Source: Mesotaenium endlicherianum
Taxonomy: Eukaryota
Assembly: GCA_009602735.1 (NCBI GenBank)
Contig: WELA01001870.1
Span: 48,202-112,201 of the forward strand
Direction: 5' to 3'
DNA length: 64,000 nucleotides
Both the position numbers and the translations under genes were made by a program. Positions 1-11,586 of this stretch are shown piece by piece; position 1 is the stretch's first letter, and each line of letters starts with the position of its first letter. The notes beneath the pieces were generated by a model. It had not been told where the DNA came from and made no database searches. It saw nothing but the letters and a program-made list of their open reading frames with translations.

Positions 1-2826
1 GGAGGAGGAGGAGGGGGAAGGGGAAGGAGGAGGAGGGGGGAGGGGGAGGAGGGGAAGAGGTGGAAACTCACAGCTTGGTTGGGCAGGCCCGTAAGTTCTG
101 CCGGGTACCCAACAACAAGCCCCACCACGTTGGCTCCCTCCACCTGGCAGCCATTGTGCGCGCCACCAGTACTGTTACGCAATCAATATCTGCCACGTCA
201 ACGGTTCTGCCTGAGTTTTTGACGGGCGACAGAATGGGAGCGGGAGGTTGAGCCCAGAGTACACGATGCATCAGAATTTTGAATTTTGCCGCCGGCGGGG
301 ATGTCTGACACGAGGTCGCCGCCATGGATGTAAGGCTCCTTCTGCTTGGCAAGTGCAAGAAGGCAGCACCCTCCCGTCCTCCTATCCTTCCTCCTTTCGT
401 ATTTGACCCGGCCTTGCGGAAGGAACCCTTTCATGATTGAGGGCTTATGCTGGAGCGACACGTGTCAGGCGTGTGAGTGTGACTACGCTCAGCCTGACGA
501 CAGCGGAGACCACTCGATTGGCGGTTGCAGCAGCTATTGCAGAGCGGGAGGCCTCATGCGGTGGGTCCTTCACCTGTAAGCTGCAGGACTTACTGCAAGC
601 AGGTGTGTGAGCACACATCGGTATGCTGACACGTGGCAGCATGTGCATTAAGTTTGCAATAGCCCCAGCCAGGTCAGCGGACCTTCATTGCAGCTGTGCC
701 TTCATCTCCCCCTCCTTTCCCTCCCCCCCTTTTTCTTTCCCCCTCCTTGTTCAAGTAAACCCGTAAACAAGAAGAGAAAGGATACTTCAGAGTCATCACC
801 TGCACCAAAGAGGTCAATGTTGTAGTCAATGGCGAGGCCAATGATGTCAATGAGGTCAATTCCCCCCCCAAAATGGGGTGCTGAGTGGGCAGGTGCACCA
901 ATAAGCAATAGGGTGCCACCTTGTGGGCTTTAGGGGGGGGGGCTCAAGGGTTGGTGCAGAGGGGGGAGCCTTTGGCAGGGGAATTGGGCGCGCGACACTG
1001 ACCATGTGCTGCAGCTTGTGCGCGTCGCTCGAATGGGGGCTCTCCCTCCTGAGCTTCGATCGCACCAACAGCCTGGTGCACAATTAACTCACACCAGGAA
1101 AGAAGGTACCCATGAAGAGAAACAAGGAAGACATGAAGGAGGCTGTCATTGGAGGCTGTCATCAGTCCATGTCGAGACGCGCATGTCCTAGTACTGTGCC
1201 CCTTAAACCTTTTCACAAACCTTCACAATAATGGTGCGTCCTCAAGAGCACTTCGTTGCAGCCAGGAGTCCTAACCCTGACCTCTGCAGCAGAAACCCTA
1301 GACCCTGAGCCCTGCAGCGAAAGTTCAGCAGGAAGGGACAGCAGCTGCCAACAATTGCAGGGACAAGGTTGATGTACAGTATTTTAGATTATGTTAATCA
1401 TTTCAACGATATTTATAAGTAAGCTCACCGGGCGCTCTCCAGGCCAAAACCACCTCTCACTTAACCCCTCATCCTTCGTTCCTGTCAAGACTTATACATG
1501 AGTGAGTGTTGAGCTCAGCTGCTTCAGGCAGCCTCAAGGGTAAGAAAAGTACCCCAAAGGTGATGCCACCTGGCAGTCAGCGGAGGAGATGGCCACTCCG
1601 ACAAATCTCGTGCCCACATCCAGTCCAACCAGGCAGCCCCCACCTGCGACTCTCTTGGCCATTTCCCTTGCCGTCACAGCCTGCATCGTTGCCTAAGTTG
1701 GCATGGCGGCCTCAGGAGTTCTGCAAGCTGGTGCGTTTCACAGCTCTGAGATGGAGACACTGAGCAGAATTCTGGAGACGATTTTCGACAGTTGCCATTA
1801 GAGATAAGATATTAGATTGACTTCGTCATTCGGTTAGTTCCCGAGTAACACATTCCAAGAGATCTTAAAGTGTTAGAGCAGCGACTGCTGTGTGGCGAAT
1901 TTTGTACTGTATGAAACTCATTTAGCGCTTAGTATTGGCGCAGTTTGATCGTTATCGTCGTAAGGGCTTGAGCTTCGTTTCCGAAATTAATCGATCCTTC
2001 ACGAGACTTGTACAATATATTTTCTACTAGAGCCAGCGCACAGTAGCCATGGAAAATCGGGTACTCTCACTCGAACGTGCTGCAATACTAGATGCCCATG
2101 AAACTGGGAGCACGGTGACTAAGAGCTATTGAGCACTGATAACGTTGGGCCTGTAATAGTTATCGATCGTTAGTGCTTAAAGAGTCAGCACTTTCAATCA
2201 ACTAAAAGCGCAGAGGGACACCTTCATACAGGCTGAGAAAAGAAAAAATTAAAAAGGAAGGTTATATTAATTAAAATTGGAGCGAGCTCCGAAATAACAT
2301 GAAAGTCCATACATAATAAATGGGCTGAGACAGGCTGAGGGGCAAATTTGAACTCTGCTCCGCCTACCCCGTCAGTTCCTGCGTAAAGTACAACTTTTAA
2401 ATGTATACAAACTGATAAAAACATGCGTATGGAATCATAACGTACGACTCTGTGATGGACTTTGACTCGCAAGTCACCAATATCCACTTTTCAAATATTG
2501 CTTGCTTCAACCAGCTTCAACGCTCGCTTACAGGCTTCTGGCTCTTGCGCTCGAGTGCTTATTATCTGCTCCTCATATAAACTGGGGTCCTGGAAAAAGT
2601 GTCCTAAATCGGTCTAGCTCCTTGCGAGTGTAGTGCACAGAGAGCGCAAGAGTCACGATATCAACTGCCGGGGGCCCACTTGTTGCAAAGATAAATTAAG
2701 GGCGATAGCTACTAGGAGATAGTTCACTATACGTATTCGGTGTTCTTTAACAGCCCATGTGAAGCATACGGATACAAAAACTCTCTGCTTTAGGCTTCCC
2801 GAGGTTCGCCAGGAGAACGCCGAACC

Positions 2827-5800
2827 ATGGGAAAGAAGCAGCATAGTAAGGACCGATTATACATCACCACAACAGAGTGGGCCACCGAATGGGGTGGGGC
2901 GAAGAGCAAAGAGTTGCGGACTTCTTTCAAGCGCTTGCCGTTTTACTGCTGCGCGTATGTTTCTCGACCCAAGCCTCAATTTGACAGTGACAGCACGTCT
3001 ACCATCATAGCCACGTACTTTTGAGCACATGGGTTGTTTGTGTATATGGGACAACCAAGTGAGTATTCATCTCAGACGATTTAGTGGATCGGGTGGCTAA
3101 TAAGGAAGAACGGACGTCGTGAGGCTTGCTGAGAGTGTGTCTTTCTGGGAAGTCGTGGGGTGTGTTTAGGGCGGGGGGGGAGAGGGGAGAGGAGGAGGAA
3201 AGTGGGGGAGAACGGGGGTATTTCAATACCGAATTAAGTAGAGTTGTCTGTGGCCAGGCTGCAGCTTAGTTGTGCTTGTAATCTTTTACAGTCTTATGAA
3301 GTTACCCTGACTAGACTGTATCTTCAATCTGTGCCTTGGGCCGAATACATGCTGGGGGGGGCTCGGCTTAGGAGCCGGGTGGGAGTCCATTGGTTTCCAT
3401 CTTTATATGTGTTGCTCACAGAAGAGCTGATGACCATTGCTTATGTACACTTGAGCGTTCATCTGTAGAGCCCAACGCACGCACACATCTGCGGCCTTGA
3501 GTATGTATCTGCATTCGCAAATTCGTGACAGACAAACACACATACACACACACATACACACCCCCCCCTCCCCTCCCCCCCNNNNNNNNNNNNNNNNNNN
3601 NNNNNNNCCACTTCCCCCCCCCCCACACACACAACACACACACACGCACACGAACAAACACACACGCATGCGCACACACATGTATCTTTCTGTATCTGTT
3701 TTCACATAGATATATTTACACATAGATGTACATAACATAGGTGTATATATAGAGTACACATATATACAGTTAAGCTGCGTCAATCTGTTTCAAGAGACTT
3801 CCCCAGTAGTGTCAGGCCTGCTGTCCCCTCAGCTTCTCCCAAAGCCGCTCAACCCTTGCTCAACCGACACTCGCTGGAGAGATGTCTGCCTTTGAGCTCC
3901 TCAGGCCCCATTCAGACTTGAGGTTCACTGTGGTTGCAGATTAGGGGAGCTGGCCTGCGGTGGCAGCCCTCGGCCTGTTTACTCTGTGACGGTGGCGTTT
4001 AGGGTTGGGAGATCCGCGTTTAGGGTTTCCAGGCACAGCAGCTGGTTGTGGTAGTAGCCAATGGGGGGCCTGGTCACGCTGGGATGTGTTCACACACGGG
4101 AGTCCTAGTTTGAGCTCGGATACAGGAGCTGGCCTGTAGGAGTACTAGCCAACTGTAGGCCTGCTCATGCTGGGATGCGTTTACACAAGAGGAGGGGTTG
4201 ACAAACAGAATCTGGCCTGTTCTTGTAGCCACGTCAGGCCTGCTCACGCCGTGATATGTTGACGAGAACAGGTTTAGGGTTCGCATATAGGGGTAGGGTT
4301 TAGGGTCCCATGGATGAGCTGACCTGTTTTGGGCTGGCGTCTGATACTCCCCTGATTAGGTGACACATGGCAAGTCTTCCCGCCAGCCACCTCGCTGCCC
4401 TGAATGGGTTCCTCCGCTATTGTGTAGAGCCCCGACAAATTTGGCAGATGTGAACGGGGGGCTGGTTGAGCAGGCTGACGTTCACCCCCTTCGAGGACCC
4501 TGTGTGCACGCCAGATGGCGACGTGTTTGACGTGCTGTGAGTGCTTCTGCCCCCCGCCTGGAGCCACGTGCTGCTCCCCCCTGCTCTGCAGTGTCTTGCC
4601 CTCTGCCCCCCTGCCCTGTCCTGCCTCCTGCCCTGCTCTGCTGTGCACGTGGGCTTGAGAGTTAAGGGATGCAGTGTGCTCTGCATGAGATGAGCCTGAG
4701 TTACACCCGCTCCAGCATATTGCATGTGTGTGTGGGGGGGTGGGTGTGCGTAGTGGTGTGTGTGTTGGTGTGTGTGTGTGTGTGTGCGCGTGTATGTGTG
4801 TGTGCATTTGGGTATGTGTTGGGGTGTGTGTGGACTTGTAGTCTTTGGTTCCCTTGAGGAGAAGAGGGGGACCGGGGGGGGAGGGGACTGGGTGGCAGAG
4901 GGACACATGTACGAGTGTTGTGCTCTGTGTCTGTCAACACTCCAGGTGTCAGGGGTGGGAAAGTCACCTTTTCCCCACCTTCCTTTTCCCCACCTTCTTT
5001 CCCCCCCCCTCTCTGCGTGCGTGCGCGGGCGTGTGTGGGCGGCGGGCGCAGGCACATCGTGCCGTACATTCAGAAGTACGGGCGCAGCCCCGTGACGGGC
5101 AAGCCGCTGTGCGTGGCGGACCTCTTCAAGCTCAACTTCTCCAAGAACGCCGAGGGTGAGTGCCACCAGGAGCGCGTGGCAGAGAGGGAGAGAGGGAGGG
5201 AGGGAGGGAGGTCCCCTTCCTTCTCTGGGTTCTTTGGTTCGTCGAATGCAATGATGATTTAATCGCATTCAGAATGCAGCCCATCCCTGCCTTGCCGAGG
5301 AGGTGGGTGCTGCCAGAAGAGCGAGCGAGCGGGAGGTGCCATCTGGGAGGGTCCAGGAAGGCCTGGGAGCCATTAAGAGGAAGTCAGCATGCGTATGCGT
5401 GCGTGCGGGCACACACACGCGCACGCACGCGTGTGTGTGTTTGTGTGTGTGCTATCTGCCTGCAGTACGAGAGCAGGGCATCCATTTTTCTCTCCCCTTG
5501 CTTTCTGCAAAAGCTAAATTAAAGTCAGAAACGAAACCAGGGCTGCGCTCCAAGTGTGCATTGGTTGTATGCCCCGGAAGCTTCTCCTCCCTACTCTCTT
5601 CGCTTTCCTCTCTCCTCTTGCCTCTCTCCTGGGGGAAACCAGATAGAAGGGACAGGAGAGGCAGGAGCCCTCCGCGGCACGCGCACGCGCACGCTCTCTC
5701 AATGCATGCACGCTTGCTCTCTCGCTCTCTCAAGCCTGGCCGCCAGAAGTTTCGCCAGCCGGGCTTTCCCTTGCCAGGTGGCGCACCAATCCCGCTGCGG

Positions 5801-7608
5801 CCTCCCGGGTACTCCAGGCGGGCCCTGCAGGAAGTGCTCCTTGGTGCTCTAATTGGGCGACGCACGTCGCCGCCCAGGTGTACGAGGCCAGGCCCGTCTG
5901 ACGTGGGAGCCGGGGCGGGGCTGTGCAATTGTGCGGGTGGCCCGGGTGCGTGACACGTGGCGCGTGCGTGCGTGCGTGCGTGCGCAGGGGAGTTCCAGTG
6001 CCCCGTGCTGGGCAAGGTGTTCACAGAGTTCACACACATCGTGGCCGTCCGCCCCACCGGCAACGTCTTCTGCTACGAGGTGGGGACCCCCCTCACCTGC
6101 TGCTGCTGCCGTTGCTGCTGCTCTCCTGCTCCTGCTGCTGCTCTCCTGCTGCTGCTGCTGCTCTCCTGCTGCTGCTGCTGCTCTGCTGCTGCTGGAGTCG
6201 CCGCCTGGCAGTGGCAAGTATCGTGCCGGCCGTTGGTGCCACCGCCTGAGCCCCACCGTGACAGCTCCTGCGAGTGAGAGCTGGGGCTGGCTCTTAGAGC
6301 TCGGTGCGCAGCTGCGAATTCACGAGAGAGAGAGAGAGAGAGAGCAAGGCAGTCGAGCAGTTGTCTGCATCGCATTCTCGTTCTCATTCTCCTTCTCCGT
6401 CTCATTCTTCGTGCTCTTTCTGCCCCCACCCTCGCGCGCTCGCCCCGCCCTGGAGCTGCTGCTGCTTGCCCGGCAGAGGCGCACGGCGGACCTGCACAAA
6501 GTAGATGTTTTCCTTTGCGGTTTCATGAACCAGGTTTGGAATGGCGAGGGAGACAGGTGAGGCACGCAGGCAGGCACGCAGGCAGGCAGGCAGGCGTGTG
6601 CTCCTCTTGCGGTGTGCTACTGCAGTGGGGCCTCTCTGGGGCTTCCAGAGTGCTTGGCATGCTGCGCCAGTACCGCTGCTGTCATTGTAACAGTCGTGTG
6701 TTGTAATGTGGGGTGGGGGGAGGTGGGGGGGGGGCAGGCGGTGAAGGAGCTCAACATAAAGCCTAAGAACTGGAGGGACCTGCTCACGGAGGCCCCCTTC
6801 AANTCGCAAGGATGGAGAAGTGGGCCGTCTTCTGTTTTTGCCCGCTCGCTCGCGCACGCAAATTGAACGGGTACGCAGGCATACAGCTTCTCGAGGCAGT
6901 GTGATGGCTGCCTGGAGTGGGAGGGAGGGATCTGTCGTCCCCTCCGTTGGGGGGATGCCACCTGCCGCGGTCTGAGTGATTTTATTGGAGGGGCAATGTG
7001 GGTATCTTGCGCAGACAGTGAGACGGGACATGCACGCGGTCCACCACATCCGCATTCGTGCTAACGTGTGTGCGTATGTGCTTTTATGTGCGCGTGCTTG
7101 GGCGTGCGTGCGTATGCGTGCATGCATGCGTGCGTGTGTGTATCTGCGTGCGTGTGCGTATGTGGGGCTGTTTGTGTTTGGTGGGTGGCTGGTTGTGCGT
7201 CCGTGTGTGTGCGTGTGTGTTTTTTTTGGGGGGGGGGGGTGTTTCTCTGTGTGTGTCCGTGTGCGTGTGCGTGTGCGCACGTGGGTGTGGGGGAGAGCAG
7301 GACCCCAACAAGCTGGACTCGAAAGTGCTGACGGACTTTGAGCACGTCAAGCGCAACATCAGCCTGGACGATGATGGTACGGCTCGGCCCTGCCCTGCCC
7401 TGCCACCTGTCACATGGTCTTTGCTCCAGGAGGGACAGCTGTCGGAGGTGGATTGCAGCCTGTGTTGGTCTTGGACTTCTCTGGTTAGGAGTACACGCAC
7501 GGGCGTGCCTGCCATGTGCACACATTTCAAATGCAGACGTGCTTCTAGAGGCATCTTCTCTCACGCGTGTACATACGTATGATCTGAGCATGCACACGCC
7601 CGCGCGCG

Positions 7609-7685
<77 letters not shown>

Positions 7686-10600
7686 ACACGCACACCCATC
7701 CACACACACATGCAGAATGCACACATGCCTATTTATGTGTGTATGCTATCGTACACGCAGATACGCAGATGTCCACGCAGGTAACATTTCCATACCCAGC
7801 TTAACACCCGCAGACCAGCAACGGTCACTTACACCTGCGTGTGCTCGTGCGCCACCTGCGCATGCATGCAGAGCTGAAGAAGGCGAGGGAGGACCCCGCC
7901 TATTTCATCAACATCAGCGGCGACACCAAGCGCATGCTGGAGGATCTCGCCTCCACCGACAAGACCCGCGAGGCCCTGGCGCTGGGCGGCGGGGGCGCGC
8001 GCGCCAAGGAGGAGCGGGCGGCGGCCCTCGCCTCCCTGCGGCTGGCCAAGGAGCGTGCGCTCGCGGAGGAGGAGGCCCGCCTCGCCCGGGAGGGCGGCGC
8101 TGAGGGGGGCGCCCCCGCCGAGCGGGAGAAGGCGGGCGGCAAGAAGGGCCAGAAGAGGAGGGAGGAGGAGCGGGCGAAGGAGAAGGCCCTGGAGAAGGAG
8201 CGCGCGAAATACAAGGAGCCGGCCATGAGCATCGTCGACGCGGCGTCGGCGTCGCTTTTCGGGAGGAGCGCGGAGGCGGCCAAGGCGGCGGGCCAGGAGA
8301 AGGTGCACGCGCGCGTGGCGGCACACGCGGCCGGCGCGCGCGCGCCCGTCGAGGCCAACACCAAGATGGTGCGTCCGCCGCGCAGACGGGCTCAGAGTTC
8401 CTCTCATCTCGACGCCCACCTGCAAACCCTTCCCTCCCCCCCTCACCACCCCCCCCTTTCAAAAAAAGATTTCCCCCTGGGTGCCCCCTGGTTCTTCAAA
8501 TCGAGCCCCTGCATCCTGCATGGCTTCCCCCTTTCAGAGGCAGTCAAGCTCATAGCAAAGAGCGCTCAGGCCCCCGGCACTGCGGGTTCTGCCGTCCGCC
8601 GTGTTGATGCTGGCGTGTCGGGTCCAATGTTGTGCGTGTGGGGCTCCGCCTTCTGGATCTCCGGCCTTAAGCTCTGAAAGTCTCAGACCTGGCCTGCAGC
8701 TTAAGGGGTGGGCGGTGGGCTCTGGACTGTGGCGGCATTTTCTGAGTAGTCCGGGCTATGTCTCCTCCGGCCCTCTCCCACCCCCGGCCCAGCCACACAC
8801 GCATGCCCCGCCTGCACCCCCCTGCACCCCCCTGCACAACCCCACCCCCTCCCTCTCCTCTTCCACGTGATTGCACCGCTGCTTGCTGCTGGGCTGGTAG
8901 GTAACGGGCCTGTTTGAGTGGGACAGTTTTGCATGTCGAACCTCTGTGATCCGCTTCTCTCTGAGCTGCTTCAGTGACAGGTGCACGTTATCATCATCAT
9001 TGCTGCATGTGCTGCGCCACCGGGGCTCTTGGCTCTCTGCTTGCTGCTTGAACTGACTGCCTTGAGTGGCTGGGTTCGGCTTGGCTTGGCTTGGCGGGCG
9101 GGCGGGTGGCAGGTGAGGAGCCAGTACACGTCGGGGCGCGCGTCGCGCGGGCTGACGTCGACGACGTGCGCGCCCGTGACAGAGCACGACTACGAGATGG
9201 TGCGCGTGGAGCGCAACCCCAAGAAGAAGGGCTACGCGCGCGTCTCCACCTCGCTGGGCGCCCTCAACCTGGAGCTGCACTGCGACGTGGCGCCGCGCAC
9301 GTGCGAGAATTTCCTCACGCTGTGCGAGCGCGGCTACTACGACAACACCGCCTTCCACCGCAACATCAAGTGAGCCTCACCCGCCCTCCCGCCCCTGCCC
9401 CCTTGGCAGCACTCCCCCCCTCCNGCGAAGGAGAAGGCCCTGGAGAAGGAGCGCGCGAAATACAAGGAGCCGGCCATGAGCATCGTCGACGCGGCGTCGG
9501 CGTCGCTTTTCGGGAGGAGCGCGGAGGCGGCCAAGGCGGCGGGCCAGGAGAAGGTGCACGCGCGCGTGGCGGCACACGCGGCCGGCGCGCGCGCGCCCGT
9601 CGAGGCCAACACCAAGATGGTGCGTCCGCCGCGCAGACGGGCTCAGAGTTCCTCTCATCTCGACGCCCACCTGCAAACCCTTCCCTCCCCCCCTCACCAC
9701 CCCCCCCTTTCAAAAAAAGATTTCCCCCTGGGTGCCCCCTGGTTCTTCAAATCGAGCCCCTGCATCCTGCATGGCTTCCCCCTTTCAGAGGCAGTCAAGC
9801 TCATAGCAAAGAGCGCTCAGGCCCCCGGCACTGCGGGTTCTGCCGTCCGCCGTGTTGATGCTGGCGTGTCGGGTCCAATGTTGTGCGTGTGGGGCTCCGC
9901 CTTCTGGATCTCCGGCCTTAAGCTCTGAAAGTCTCAGACCTGGCCTGCAGCTTAAGGGGTGGGCGGTGGGCTCTGGACTGTGGCGGCATTTTCTGAGTAG
10001 TCCGGGCTATGTCTCCTCCGGCCCTCTCCCACCCCCGGCCCAGCCACACACGCATGCCCCGCCTGCACCCCCCTGCACCCCCCTGCACAACCCCACCCCC
10101 TCCCTCTCCTCTTCCACGTGATTGCACCGCTGCTTGCTGCTGGGCTGGTAGGTAACGGGCCTGTTTGAGTGGGACAGTTTTGCATGTCGAACCTCTGTGA
10201 TCCGCTTCTCTCTGAGCTGCTTCAGTGACAGGTGCACGTTATCATCATCATTGCTGCATGTGCTGCGCCACCGGGGCTCTTGGCTCTCTGCTTGCTGCTT
10301 GAACTGACTGCCTTGAGTGGCTGGGTTCGGCTTGGCTTGGCTTGGCGGGCGGGCGGGTGGCAGGTGAGGAGCCAGTACACGTCGGGGCGCGCGTCGCGCG
10401 GGCTGACGTCGACGACGTGCGCGCCCGTGACAGAGCACGACTACGAGATGGTGCGCGTGGAGCGCAACCCCAAGAAGAAGGGCTACGCGCGCGTCTCCAC
10501 CTCGCTGGGCGCCCTCAACCTGGAGCTGCACTGCGACGTGGCGCCGCGCACGTGCGAGAATTTCCTCACGCTGTGCGAGCGCGGCTACTACGACAACACC

Positions 10601-11554
10601 GCCTTCCACCGCAACATCAAGTGAGCCTCACCCGCCCTCCCGCCCCTGCCCCCTTGGCAGCACTCCCCCCCTCCNCCTCCCCCCCTACCCAGGTCACCCC
10701 CCCATCCCCCCCGGTTTTCGTGCCGGTTTTCGTGGAGGGCTGCGTGCCTGTGTAAGTGAGTGGTCGGTGGTCTTGCTTGCACGCTGGTGGGGGGGGGGGG
10801 GAGATAGCATGCAATATAAGCAGAGTGTTGACGGTGGGGCTGGGGGCTGGGGCTGGGGCTGGGGCACTGTTGCTTGGGGGTGGTCTCTCACATGACCTTA
10901 CCTAATGGCGGAAAGCGCACTGGCTCAGAGATGGGTGCTGCTGCACATTTGGGATCCGGTCAGGTCGACTGTCGTGGGTTGCAGTTTGAAACCTAGGCCA
11001 GCAGCATGCTGGGAAAGGCTGTCCTGGTGTTTGGTCCAAGGGTCACTGCTATGCGTGCCGCTTGAATGCGAGCAGTAATTCTGACGGATCGACGACATCG
11101 ACTGGACAGGGCAGAGGCGTAAAGCTTCCTCCCAACTGTACGATGTGCTCTGCGCACCACAAACAGAGATGGGCTGGGACATGGCACCCACACGATGGGC
11201 GTTGCTCACGCACATGCGCACGTCGCCTGCACACGCCCTCACACGCGCACGCACACGCGCACGCGCCGCGTGTCAGCTCATCAAGAAAGCGCCCCACCTC
11301 CCCTCCTACGCCTTCCGCCTCCCCCCCCCCCAGCATTCCTTTTCTCCCGCTGGTCCCAGCCCGCTGATGGCTCATCTGTATGAGCCTTTCGCATACGCCC
11401 TGGCCCCTCCCGCCTCTCACGGCGCAGCACCTCTCCCCCCTTACGCAACGCGGGGCCAGGAATTGACCCGTTCTCACTTACGCCACGCGCGCCTTTCTCC
11501 TCTCCCGCGCCTAACTGCGTTCGCGCTCGCGACCCTCTGCGTGCGCGCGTGCGC

Positions 11555-11586
<32 letters not shown>

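Noticed and set aside
60..1800. Short ORFs and coding-like stretches at the window start
   Set aside because: No recognisable domain, in-frame stops, and no consistent splice chain. It could be a decayed gene or part of a gene outside the window.
4274..7784. Long ORFs rich in HTHT/CVCV/ERER and poly-L/A/C
   Set aside because: These are translations of intronic microsatellites or antisense shadows of GC-rich PPIL2 exons.
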